Of a DNA stretch of 64,000 nt, positions 1 through 9,212 are shown one piece after another. The DNA is from an uncultured Candidatus Saccharibacteria bacterium (GTDB lineage: Bacteria > Patescibacteriota > WWE3 > 2-01-FULL-39-13), in NCBI GenBank assembly GCA_964510925.1, contig CAZEDS010000003.1:19281-83280 (forward strand). Reading direction: 5' to 3'. The position numbers and the translations under genes were made by a program. Within the stretch, counting starts at the first letter, position 1. Each line of letters begins with the position of its first letter. The notes beneath the pieces were generated by a model. It ran no database searches and had not been told where the DNA came from. It was given only the letters and a program-made list of their open reading frames with translations.

Positions 1-1871
1 CAGAAGCTGCACCAGAAAATAGATTTCCAGTATTAGAAGAAGCCTTGAAGTCATCATCAAAGCCACGGAGATTATTGGCCTTAAAGGCATTTGGTACTGC
101 TCTCCAAACAAATAGTTTTCATAGGTTTGTGGGGTCAGAATATCAAGGACTACGTAAAGCAAAACTATGGAGACCGGCTAATATAAATGAGCAGATTTCT
201 GCATATCAAAAGGTATTGAAACTACTATATTCAAATTTAGAAACTTTAGATGAGGAAGAAAAACAAATAGCTATAAAAACCTTGCTTGATCACCTTCGTG
301 GACTTTTGCAAATTACGCAACTAGCTGATGAAATTCTTCAAGATCTGAAATCTATAATTCAAAAGGAGTATATAGACATACGCGAAATACTTAAAACGAT
401 ATCGCTAGTCCTTCACTACGATAGGAAAAGATTGCCACAAAATATAGTTAAGCAGCTAGAAGAGATCGAAAGCTCCTTAGTTGGAGATGATTTCCATTCA
501 CTATCAAAACGTTATATTGGGATGGAATTGATAGAAGATAGATATGATGAAAACGGAAAAAGAGCGGACAAAGCAGAAATACATCTTAATAATCTTGCTG
601 ACCAAGTAATAAAAAACAAAGAAATTATAATGCCTGAATTAAATTGGTTAATTACAGAAGATGCAAAAAACGGATATCGCTTTGGGCATGCACTAGGAAT
701 TAAAGATAAAAACTTTGAACTCTTAGATACATTATTAGAGAAACATAGAGAATTTATTGGCAACAAAAATGTAAGTGATTTTTTTCTGGGCGGATACTTT
801 AAGGCATTAAATGAACTCGACTCGGAAAGATGGGAATCAATAATGGACATGCTTTCGGATGATCCCGTTCTATTAACATGGGTGCCGTCATTAACATGGA
901 GATCCGGTTATACATCGGATCGTGCAGCCGCCCGCATTTTAGAACTAGCGAAACACGGAAAAATTAAGCCTTATAGCTTTAGGGCATTTGGATTAGGCAG
1001 TGTTATACAAGACTTATCAGAAGATATATTCCAACAATGTATTAAATTTCTATTAAGCTGCTCCGAAGATTATGCCATATCAATAGTAATGGATCTTTAT
1101 CATTTTTTCTATTTAAGAAAAGATGCCAAATATAAATTGCCAGAGGATCTTACGTTAGAAATTTTAACTCATCCACTTTTATTTAAACCAATCGAAAACG
1201 GAAATAGGGATCAAATGGATGATTACCATTGGAAAGAAATTAGTTTAAGATTTATAGATTTATACCCGAAGCGTAGTTTAGAACTAGCAGATCAAATACT
1301 CGCACATTTTGGGGAAGAAGGAACCATTATAGAGGGATACCGATCCGAAGCTGACGAGGTAATCACTACAATATCAGCAATCTACCCAGATGAGATATGG
1401 GGCACCGTAAGTAAATATCTTGGACCACCTATCGATGCAAGATCCTATCATTTGAAATCGTGGCTTAGAGGCAATGGCTTTTTTGAAACTGAACCCGGAA
1501 CATTAAATATATTTAACCCAGATAGAATATGGGCATGGGTAGATGAAGCTCCTGAACGCAGAGCGTGGTACTTAGCAACTTTCGTACCTAAAACTTTATT
1601 TAAAGCGGAAGGCAAAATTTGCTGGGCAAGAGAAATACTTGTACGCTACGGCGAGCGGGAAGCCGTTAGAGGAAATTTAATCGCCAATTTCTATTCTGAA
1701 GGTTGGTCCGGACCAGCAAGTATACATTACCAATTAAAACGAGATGGCTTAGTAGAATTTAGAAAAGATGAAACCGATGAAAAAGTAAAAAAATGGTTAG
1801 ATGAAATTATAGCTGGCCTAAATAAAGATATTGAAAGAGAAAAGATCGTTGAAGAACGACGCGGATTCTAA
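1..1871 (+). CDS. hypothetical protein, 5'-truncated at window edge (>608 aa), predicted all-alpha repeat protein
   Basis: Reading frame is open back to nt 1 (ORF-track start at 45 is an internal TTG); no recognisable catalytic motif. Confidence 0.45.
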   Translation, partial: EAAPENRFPVLEEALKSSSKPRRLLALKAFGTALQTNSFHRFVGSEYQGLRKAKLWRPANINEQISAYQKVLKLLYSNLETLDEEEKQIAIKTLLDHLRGLLQITQLADEILQDLKSIIQKEYIDIREILKTISLVLHYDRKRLPQNIVKQLEEIESSLVGDDFHSLSKRYIGMELIEDRYDENGKRADKAEIHLNNLADQVIKNKEIIMPELNWLITEDAKNGYRFGHALGIKDKNFELLDTLLEKHREFIGNKNVSDFFLGGYFKALNELDSERWESIMDMLSDDPVLLTWVPSLTWRSGYTSDRAAARILELAKHGKIKPYSFRAFGLGSVIQDLSEDIFQQCIKFLLSCSEDYAISIVMDLYHFFYLRKDAKYKLPEDLTLEILTHPLLFKPIENGNRDQMDDYHWKEISLRFIDLYPKRSLELADQILAHFGEEGTIIEGYRSEADEVITTISAIYPDEIWGTVSKYLGPPIDARSYHLKSWLRGNGFFETEPGTLNIFNPDRIWAWVDEAPERRAWYLATFVPKTLFKAEGKICWAREILVRYGEREAVRGNLIANFYSEGWSGPASIHYQLKRDGLVEFRKDETDEKVKKWLDEIIAGLNKDIEREKIVEERRGF

Positions 1872-1950
1872 ATTAACATAATACAAACATTATAAGGTAT
1901 TATGGATTTTAGTTATCAAGTTATAAGCCAAGATTTTCTAAGTATTAAAA

Positions 1951-2214
1951 CTAACCAACATTTATTTTCTTAAAAATTATCCAAAAGAGTAAATTCGCAG
2001 TAGCAAAAATTAAACCGACATCATAAAAATAAGCAGCAAGCCAAAATTCACCGCTATAAATTGAAATAATCAGGTATAAGATAAATCCGAAGATTACAGT
2101 GTACTTTGAAATATTGATTATCTGGTTCCGCTTCCGCCCATTAGTTTGTAAACCAAATGCATATACTACAGCAGAAATATCAAAGAATATAAGTAAGGCA
2201 TTATAAATTTCCAT
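1951..2214 (-). CDS. hypothetical small membrane protein (87 aa, 3 predicted TM helices)
   Basis: Hydrophobic composition; no similarity recognised. Confidence 0.3.
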   Translation of the reverse strand: MEIYNALLIFFDISAVVYAFGLQTNGRKRNQIINISKYTVIFGFILYLIISIYSGEFWLAAYFYDVGLIFATANLLFWIIFKKINVG

Positions 2215-2242
2215 ATTTATTTAGGATTAGACTACGCTACTA

Positions 2243-2313
2243 TCAGTCCCATTATAGAAAATAGACAGAAATGCTACAAGGGGAAGCTGGTCTGTCAGTC
2301 CCATATTGAATAG
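2243..2313 (+). promoter_or_regulatory. two direct repeats TCAGTCCCAT(T)ATAG / TCAGTCCCATATTGAATAG about 52 bp apart upstream of XRE gene; candidate operator sites
   Basis: Read directly from sequence at 2243-2257 and 2295-2313. Confidence 0.3.
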
Positions 2314-2324
2314 CCTGGTTATAG

Positions 2325-2549
2325 ATGGAAGTAGTATCTGTAACACACAAAAGGCTCGGCAGCCGAATAAAAGAATTGAGAAAAATTCACAATTTTACGC
2401 AAGAAGATCTGGCGGAAAAAGTTCAGGTTGATCGAAGCTATATGGGATTTGTCGAAAGAGGTGAAAAGAATCCAACGCTGCTTACACTCATTAAAATTGC
2501 TAAAGCCTTTAAAATAACTCTTTCTAAACTGCTCGATAACATTGATTAA
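2325..2549 (+). CDS. XRE-family helix-turn-helix transcriptional regulator (74 aa)
   Basis: Canonical Cro/C1 HTH: LRKIHNFTQEDLAEKVQVDRSYMGFVERGEKNPTLLTLIKIAKAF. Confidence 0.75.
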   Translation: MEVVSVTHKRLGSRIKELRKIHNFTQEDLAEKVQVDRSYMGFVERGEKNPTLLTLIKIAKAFKITLSKLLDNID

Positions 2550-2589
2550 ATCTCATAAATTGCCGGTGTTAGTGCTAATATGTCCATAT

Positions 2590-3324
2590 ATGAATGATAT
2601 GGATATTAAAAATGAAGTTATTAATATTGACGAAGTAAGTTCCACTTACACCTATACTCAATTGTGTTTTCTTATTGATCAAGATGATTTTTTAGCTGAT
2701 ATAAAAAGTGTTCGAAAATATCTGAATATATACGAACTAATTGAATATAAGGATATAAAAGAACGGATTAAAAAGGATAAGTTAAAGTTTTATTTAACTG
2801 GCAAGGGTAAAACAGAGCTAGAGCAACAGATTCATAAACTTTTAGATAAATACAAAAAGACCACAGGTTTCTATAATTTATTGGAAAGTGCTATTTTAAC
2901 AGGCAAAATTACTGACAACGAACTTAACGGATTAGAACCATTTAAAGAATCTGCTTATATAACAGTACTAACGGAAGATTCATATTTGCCACTAGCTTTA
3001 GCTATAATTATTACGCCCGATACAACACTGGCAGATTTAGAATCTATTCTTCAGAGTGAGCAATATAAATATGCATTGAAAAGCTATAAATCAGGAGTTG
3101 GAACTATTGATCCCTGGTCGAAAGATACCATCAAAAATATAAAACGAGATCGACAATGGTATTGGCTAAATAAAAAACCTAATAAATTGGGATATGCCAA
3201 AATAGCAGATAATTTGAAAAAATTCGATAGTGATTATATATCAGCAGCAGGTGTAGAGAAAGCAATCAAACGATATAAACAAAATTTAGAAACAGAATCC
3301 AGACGTTTGATAAATAATTTTTAA
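2590..3324 (+). CDS. hypothetical protein (244 aa from ATG at 2590; ORF-track start 2542 is a TTG overlapping the XRE stop)
   Basis: Long ORF co-oriented and coupled with XRE gene; no motif recognised. Confidence 0.45.
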   Translation: MNDMDIKNEVINIDEVSSTYTYTQLCFLIDQDDFLADIKSVRKYLNIYELIEYKDIKERIKKDKLKFYLTGKGKTELEQQIHKLLDKYKKTTGFYNLLESAILTGKITDNELNGLEPFKESAYITVLTEDSYLPLALAIIITPDTTLADLESILQSEQYKYALKSYKSGVGTIDPWSKDTIKNIKRDRQWYWLNKKPNKLGYAKIADNLKKFDSDYISAAGVEKAIKRYKQNLETESRRLINNF

Positions 3325-3391
3325 GTTTTACATGTCGACTGTTAAGCTCCACTAAAAAGTCATAATCTTTGAACCATAAATATTTTTAATT

Positions 3392-3673
3392 ATGGTTATG
3401 AAGAATGCAGGTACACACATAAAACTCTCTGACTTTCCTTTAATAGCTTTTCTTATAGCTAACTCACAGGAAATTGTAGATATTCTTCCAACTACAGAAC
3501 CATCAAGATTAGAATTTGTATTCGAACGTAACGATGATGTGGAACGATTGCTAAAGATATTCAAATTTTCAGCAGATGATTCCAAGGAATTATTAATTGA
3601 CGCAAGAAAGCTGTTCTCAGCAATGAAACGAGTAAAGGATCTATTGCAACAAAGCAAGGGATATAACATATGA
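3392..3673 (+). CDS. hypothetical protein (93 aa)
   Basis: ORF; stop overlaps next start (ATGA at 3670). Confidence 0.35.
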   Translation: MVMKNAGTHIKLSDFPLIAFLIANSQEIVDILPTTEPSRLEFVFERNDDVERLLKIFKFSADDSKELLIDARKLFSAMKRVKDLLQQSKGYNI

Positions 3674-3861
3674 AGAATCTAGTTAATCTTTTACCAAAAA
3701 AAGCCATAGAAGAATATATAGCTATTTATAAGCAGGCATATGGAATTGAACTTACATATAAACAGGCACAAATAGATGCATTAGAGTTTTTAAATTTCTT
3801 CAAGGTTGTTTACCAACCAATAAAAAAAAGAACCGATCAAAAATGTCTAAAACTAAGTTGA
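3670..3861 (+). CDS. hypothetical protein (63 aa)
   Basis: Translationally coupled small ORF. Confidence 0.3.
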   Translation: MKNLVNLLPKKAIEEYIAIYKQAYGIELTYKQAQIDALEFLNFFKVVYQPIKKRTDQKCLKLS

Positions 3862-4115
3862 ATTCATATAAAATCAAATACGAAAGAACAATCATGCAGA
3901 GAAATTTTTTACTAAGTTTTTTTGATGCTCCAGATAAGTATGAAGAAAAATTAGTAAATAATTTTTGGCTAGTAAAGCAATATAGCAGGACTAAGAATGC
4001 ATGGCATGTAGCGATTTTTGAATACGATAAGTTTATGAATAGAAGAAAATTTAATACATATAGAGGTTCATTTATTAAAAATCCTCGTGGGAATAGCGAG
4101 AGCGAGGCTAAATAA
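3843..4115 (+). CDS. hypothetical protein (90 aa)
   Basis: Overlaps preceding ORF by 19 nt; part of the same small-gene module. Confidence 0.3.
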   Translation: MSKTKLNSYKIKYERTIMQRNFLLSFFDAPDKYEEKLVNNFWLVKQYSRTKNAWHVAIFEYDKFMNRRKFNTYRGSFIKNPRGNSESEAK

Positions 4116-4582
4116 TTTGACGCTGGGATACTGCTTACCTTCAAGCTAAGGAAATGAAGGTGTGATGATACGCGGTATTGTAAAAACGAGCGAGGGACTT
4201 GCACTGACGTATTTCGGGAACCCTCCCTTCTTAGGCTAAGGCTAGAGTTTGGAATAGGAAATGTACTTAGAGCTGGCGAGAAACAACGCACCAAACAGTT
4301 CGAAACCATATTGGGAAACCTACGGAAGGGGAGACTATGTGAATCAATCGGTATTATCTTTTGTTATGGTTTTGGTAAAAACAAGTTATGTAGTTTAAAT
4401 CAAAATTTAGTTATCAGGTCTTGAGAAGAAGGCATGGAGTGTCTATGGATTGCAGTTGACCACAGTTGGCTTTACCCCAGAAATTAACTAAAGTTAACTT
4501 TTTGAGGTTTTTGGTTTATCAAAATGTTAGCAAAGGTTAGCATTTAGCAAGTTTTAAGATTATATTTAAATTAAGAATTTAT
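4116..4582. ncRNA. candidate structured non-coding RNA or att/regulatory region upstream of serine integrase (unassigned)
   Basis: 467 bp without a credible ORF; local GC clearly above the genome background; hairpin ACCTTCA-N11-TGAAGGT and CCCTCCC...GGGGAG long-range complementarity. Confidence 0.25.
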
Positions 4583-6190
4583 ATGAAAAATGAAATTAAA
4601 AATATAATTTATGATATTTACTGTAGAAAGAGTCAAGAAAGCGAAGAAAGACAAGTCTTAAGTTTAGAAGGTCAAGAAAAAGAAATAAAAGAATTTGCAT
4701 CCAAGCTAGGAATTAAAATCAGGAAAATTTGGTTTGAGTCTTTTTCAGCTAAAGCACCAGGACGACCAATATTTAACGAGATGATGAATGATGTCAGAGA
4801 AGGTAAGATACAAGGAATAGTTGCCTGGCATCCTGACCGCCTATCAAGAAACAGTGTTGATGGTGGGTTAATAATCTACTATTTAGACACTGGCTATTTA
4901 AAAGATTTACTATTCCCTACATATACGTATGAGAATACCCCACAAGGTAAATGGATGTTAAATATTCAATTCGGACAATCCAAATATTATGTTGATCAAC
5001 TATCCATAAATGTCAAAAGAGGAAATAGAGTAAAACTTGAAAATGGCTGGAAGCCCTCAATGGCACCAACAGGTTACTTAAATAAGCTAGATGATAAAAC
5101 GATAATTCCAGATCCTGAAAGATTTAATATATTGCAGAGCGTATTAATAGATATTATTAACGGGAAATCATCTATTAAAGATGCTTTTAATGATCTTAAT
5201 AATAAATATGGTTACAAAACATTACAAAGGAAAAAATCAGGCGGCAGAACTTTAGCGAAATCATCGTTTTATAACATCCTTAATAATTCTTTTTATTGCG
5301 GAATTATTAGACATAACAATCAAGAATATCCTGGCAAGCATTTGCCAATGATAACCATCCAAGAATTCGACAAGTTACAAATAATTTTAGGTTTTAAAGG
5401 AAAACCCAGACAGCAGAACCGCTCATTCCCTTTAACTGGATTTATAAAATGTTCAGAATGTGGTTCTATGATCACTGCGGAAACACATAATAAGAAAAAC
5501 TCCAAAACGAATCAAATAACAACCTATACCTATTACAGATGTACTAAAAAGAATCCTCATATAACTTGCAATCAACCATATGTTTCAGAAAAGGAATTGG
5601 AACAACAGATTGATACTTATCTAAGTAAAATTAGCATTTCAGAAGAATTTAAAAATTGGGCATTAAAATATTTAGATTATCTAAATGATAATGAGATAAG
5701 GCTTGAAAAGGCGGCCTTTGAAAATGTTCATAAAGAAATTGAGAAGTCTCGCAAAGAACTACAAACAGCCACTACTATGCGAGTAAAAGGCCAAATTGAT
5801 GACATCATTTATGAAGATGAGAAAAAACGGATTAACTCTGAATTAAATCGTTTAAAGGAAATATCAAATGAAGTTGAAAGAAATGCAGATAATTGGGTTG
5901 ACCTAGTAACTAATACCGTAAATTTTGCATATGCTGCAAGATTACAATTTGAAAATGGAGACAATAAAGCTAAACGGTACGTATTCTCAAAATTAGGCTC
6001 GAACTTTATATTAAAAGATAAGAAACTAGCTATGGAATTGAATAAAACTTTATTCGCTTTTACCCCTGAATATAGAGAAAATATAGAACCGCTCGAAATA
6101 GAGGAAAAGGTTATAGTGACGCTGGAAAAGAATAATTTAGTGCCTGCTGATCTAGCATGGCTGCCCAACTTGGACTCGAACCAAGATTGA
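4583..6190 (+). CDS. large serine recombinase / integrase (535 aa)
   Basis: N-terminal resolvase catalytic domain (YCRKSQE with catalytic Ser, HPDRLSRN), recombinase domain, zinc-ribbon CSECGS...YYRCT...C, C-terminal coiled-coil region. Confidence 0.85.
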   Translation: MKNEIKNIIYDIYCRKSQESEERQVLSLEGQEKEIKEFASKLGIKIRKIWFESFSAKAPGRPIFNEMMNDVREGKIQGIVAWHPDRLSRNSVDGGLIIYYLDTGYLKDLLFPTYTYENTPQGKWMLNIQFGQSKYYVDQLSINVKRGNRVKLENGWKPSMAPTGYLNKLDDKTIIPDPERFNILQSVLIDIINGKSSIKDAFNDLNNKYGYKTLQRKKSGGRTLAKSSFYNILNNSFYCGIIRHNNQEYPGKHLPMITIQEFDKLQIILGFKGKPRQQNRSFPLTGFIKCSECGSMITAETHNKKNSKTNQITTYTYYRCTKKNPHITCNQPYVSEKELEQQIDTYLSKISISEEFKNWALKYLDYLNDNEIRLEKAAFENVHKEIEKSRKELQTATTMRVKGQIDDIIYEDEKKRINSELNRLKEISNEVERNADNWVDLVTNTVNFAYAARLQFENGDNKAKRYVFSKLGSNFILKDKKLAMELNKTLFAFTPEYRENIEPLEIEEKVIVTLEKNNLVPADLAWLPNLDSNQD

Positions 6191-6231
6191 CGGCTTCAAA
6201 GGCCGCTGTCCTACCATTAGACGATCGGGCA
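6158..6231 (-). tRNA. tRNA-Gln (anticodon TTG)
   Basis: Hand-folded cloverleaf: U1-A72, D-arm GTCT/GGAC, anticodon loop CTTTGAA, T-arm CTTGG-TTCGAGT-CCAAG, G73, encoded CCA. Confidence 0.85.
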
Positions 6232-6549
6232 TTGTTTACAATGAGAGTATTATATCAACTTTTTCGTGATGTGTTCAGGTCAAACTTTGATCTTTTAATA
6301 ACGACTGCAAAGCAATAAGTGTTCTTTTTTCTCCTGATATATATTGGCCGTTTTGCTGAATTGGGTTTCTCGTATTTCTTATATAAAAATTTGTTGCATC
6401 ATAGCATGGGCTTAGCCTTTCCCGGCTTTCATCTAATCGTTTTGCGACGTCATTTTCGACCTATAAATAACATCGGATTGGAATCCTATAGACATCTAAT
6501 CAGTACAGTTTTAAAATATACGTATTAACTTATAGTTCCAACATTCCAA

Positions 6550-9210
6550 ATGCCTTCAAATAGGAAAAAGCCTCTTAAAAAAAGTGGAGGCAGGACTAGG
6601 ATAACTCAATCATTCTCTATCAAAAAAGCCTTATTCTATGCGGTAAGAACTGCGTATAACGTGCCTTTGGTATATATTTCATTTATAAAATTCATTGTTT
6701 TGCTTGTATATAAAATTTTGAAGTTTTTAAGTCAAAAAATCTGTGACATGTTAGTACTCACTATGGGGTGGGCTAAGCATGCGCTTATAAAACTACAATT
6801 TTTGCTTAAAAAATTTCTTTTTAATATTTTTATTGTTCTAGCCGTAGTGATCGTACTTTTACATCGATTTGTAAAATTCAACTTTACTTCAACCTTTGAA
6901 TTTTTATGCGTACTTGTTAAAAGTTTAAAAAGCATACTTTTAGCATTTAAGAATTTTGCGGTTAATACGTTCAAAAACCTCTGGAAAAAAATACCAAGAA
7001 TTAAGTTTACAAGGCCTACTTTTGGGATAAGATTTTTGTTTTTTGGCATAAAAACTCTTTTTGTATTTACTTTAGTCCTTGGAATTTATGCTTTTTACAC
7101 ATTTTACTTATCTGTTATAAAGGATATTCCTTCTGCAGATGCCTTAAAAGCTTATGATCCAAATCTGACTACAAAAATTTATGATAGAAAAGGGGACCTT
7201 CTTTATAGCTTATATTTTGACGAAGATCGATCTCTTGTAGGCATGGGAGAAATTCCACAAAATATAATAAATGCGACAATCGCAATCGAAGATGAATCGT
7301 TTTATAAACACAATGGAATTTCAATTAGAGCAATTGCACGAGCTGCAAAGCGAACATTTTTTGAAGATGATTTACAAGGCGGATCAACCATTACACAACA
7401 ATTGGTTAAAAATATAATATTAACGCCAGAACGAACTTACGAACGAAAAATCAAAGAAGTTATTATCGCATTAGATGTCGAAAGAAGATTTACAAAAAAT
7501 CAAATCTTGGAAATGTATCTAAACAACATTTCTTATGGAGGTACAGCATATGGTGTTAAATCAGCTGCAAAACGCTATTTTGGAAAAGAATTATCAGACC
7601 TTACTCTTGCAGAGACAACCTATTTAGTCGGGTTACCAGGTGCCCCTTCAAAATATTCTCCATTTGGTCCAACACCAGAAAAAGGCAAAGCCAGACAATG
7701 GGAAGTCTTAACAAGGATGGTGAGTTCAAACTATATAACACAAGAACAAGCAAATGAACTCTATAATGAACCATTGACCTTTAATGACCGATCCGAAAGC
7801 ATAAAATACCCACATTTTGTAAATTATGTGATTCAGGATCTTGAAACAAAATATGGCCAATATGTGTTAGCTAAAGGTGGACTTGAGGTTTACACCTCAA
7901 TTGATCCAGAAATCCAAGACGCAGCACAAGAAATTGCAACTCGAAACGTAAAAAAATTTGCAAAAAATAAAGTCTCAAATGGTGCAATATTAATTACAAA
8001 TCCAAAATCAGGAGAAGTACTAGCAATGGTTGGTTCAACTGATTATTGGAATATAAACAACGATGGCAATGTAAACCTCACCACAGCCCTAAGACAGCCA
8101 GGTTCATCAATAAAGCCAATAACATACTCCTTAGCTTTAGAGCGTGGCTATACGCCATATAGCGAGATTGTTGATGAACCAGTTCGATATCAAATCCGTG
8201 GACAAAAAGATTATAAGCCAGTTAATTACGATGGGAAATTTCATGGCAAAATGAATTTAAAAACTGCATTAGCAAATTCATATAATATTCCAGCCGTAAA
8301 ATTAGCAGATCAACTTGGTGTAACAAATCTTATTACTTGGGGCGAACGCATGGGAATTAGTACTTGGACTGACCGCAGTAGATTTGGCTTGTCATTAACC
8401 TTAGGTGCTGGTGAAGTAAAAATGACTGATCTTGCAACAGCCTATGGAGTATTCGCAAATCAAGGTATAAAACGAGATCTAAATCCGATCCTTTCGATTT
8501 ACGATTCATATGGAAGCACAGTTTATGAAAACCCATGCACTCATTATTCAGAAGAGGACACTTTAAAAAAAGCAGAACGAGGGCTCTTTGAAACTTCAGC
8601 CTTTGCACAATCTCAAGCCTACAAAGTCAGTAAAGAAAATGATGCGCCTATCTGCAACAAGCAAAAAACTTTAAGTAGTTCAACTGCATACAACATAACA
8701 ATGATGTTATCTGATAACAGTGCAAGAACTCCAGCTTTTGGTCCAAACTCAAATTTAAATATTACTAAAAAACAAATAGCCGTAAAAACAGGAACAACAA
8801 CCAATGTTAAAGACAACTGGGCAATTGGCTACAATGATGACTTTGTCGTCGCAACTTGGATTGGAAACAACAATGGAGATCCAATGATAAATGTGGCTTC
8901 TGGATATTCAAGCGCATCAACTTTGTGGCGTGAATCATTTGATTATTTAATAAACACAGGGCGTGTTAAAGACAAAATTTCAATTCCACAAGACTTAGTC
9001 GAACTCGAATATTGCCCAATTACAGATAGTTTAAGCTGCAAAGCTTGTTCTGGATTTGATATTAAACAAATGTTTAGTAAAGAGAATCTCCCACAAGAAG
9101 CATGTACAAATGAAAGCTTTATAGAAAATCTTAGAACTAAACACCCAGAATATTTTAGATCGCAAGAGGATAAGAATGACCAAGATGGTTTTGATTCAGA
9201 TCCAATATAA
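6550..9210 (+). CDS. class A penicillin-binding protein (PBP1A; glycosyltransferase + transpeptidase) with an unusually long multi-TM N-terminal region
   Basis: GT51 motifs EDESFYKHNGIS, GGSTITQQLVKN; transpeptidase SSIKP, KTGTT. Confidence 0.85.
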   Translation: MPSNRKKPLKKSGGRTRITQSFSIKKALFYAVRTAYNVPLVYISFIKFIVLLVYKILKFLSQKICDMLVLTMGWAKHALIKLQFLLKKFLFNIFIVLAVVIVLLHRFVKFNFTSTFEFLCVLVKSLKSILLAFKNFAVNTFKNLWKKIPRIKFTRPTFGIRFLFFGIKTLFVFTLVLGIYAFYTFYLSVIKDIPSADALKAYDPNLTTKIYDRKGDLLYSLYFDEDRSLVGMGEIPQNIINATIAIEDESFYKHNGISIRAIARAAKRTFFEDDLQGGSTITQQLVKNIILTPERTYERKIKEVIIALDVERRFTKNQILEMYLNNISYGGTAYGVKSAAKRYFGKELSDLTLAETTYLVGLPGAPSKYSPFGPTPEKGKARQWEVLTRMVSSNYITQEQANELYNEPLTFNDRSESIKYPHFVNYVIQDLETKYGQYVLAKGGLEVYTSIDPEIQDAAQEIATRNVKKFAKNKVSNGAILITNPKSGEVLAMVGSTDYWNINNDGNVNLTTALRQPGSSIKPITYSLALERGYTPYSEIVDEPVRYQIRGQKDYKPVNYDGKFHGKMNLKTALANSYNIPAVKLADQLGVTNLITWGERMGISTWTDRSRFGLSLTLGAGEVKMTDLATAYGVFANQGIKRDLNPILSIYDSYGSTVYENPCTHYSEEDTLKKAERGLFETSAFAQSQAYKVSKENDAPICNKQKTLSSSTAYNITMMLSDNSARTPAFGPNSNLNITKKQIAVKTGTTTNVKDNWAIGYNDDFVVATWIGNNNGDPMINVASGYSSASTLWRESFDYLINTGRVKDKISIPQDLVELEYCPITDSLSCKACSGFDIKQMFSKENLPQEACTNESFIENLRTKHPEYFRSQEDKNDQDGFDSDPI

Positions 9211-9212
9211 AT

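Larger units (their letters stand above)
1..6231. mobile_element. putative integrative element / prophage remnant: hypothetical cargo, XRE regulator, small overlapping ORFs, structured non-coding region, large serine recombinase, abutting tRNA-Gln; left boundary not visible in window
   Basis: Serine integrase ORF ends inside tRNA-Gln 3' end; cluster of unassignable small ORFs with overlapping stops/starts; XRE HTH; GC-elevated non-coding block upstream of int. Confidence 0.5.

Noticed and set aside
512-850. Minus-strand 112-aa ORF inside the large hypothetical gene (and many similar antisense ORFs, e.g. 5320-5505, 5809-6168, 6732-7049, 8357-8816, 10410-11234, 13533-13724, 25001-25738, 31061-32056, 45403-45681, 50122-51186)
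   Set aside because: Entirely embedded antisense to, or in alternative frames of, long well-supported genes; low-complexity AT-rich translations; shadow ORFs.
3800-4309. 169-aa minus-strand ORF spanning the small-ORF module and the non-coding block
   Set aside because: Antisense to three co-oriented coupled ORFs and runs through the GC-rich structured region; no start context.
4116-4582. tmRNA (ssrA) as identity of the non-coding block next to the integrase
   Set aside because: No tRNA-like T-arm/acceptor with CCA, and no ...ALAA-stop tag reading frame could be found by eye.
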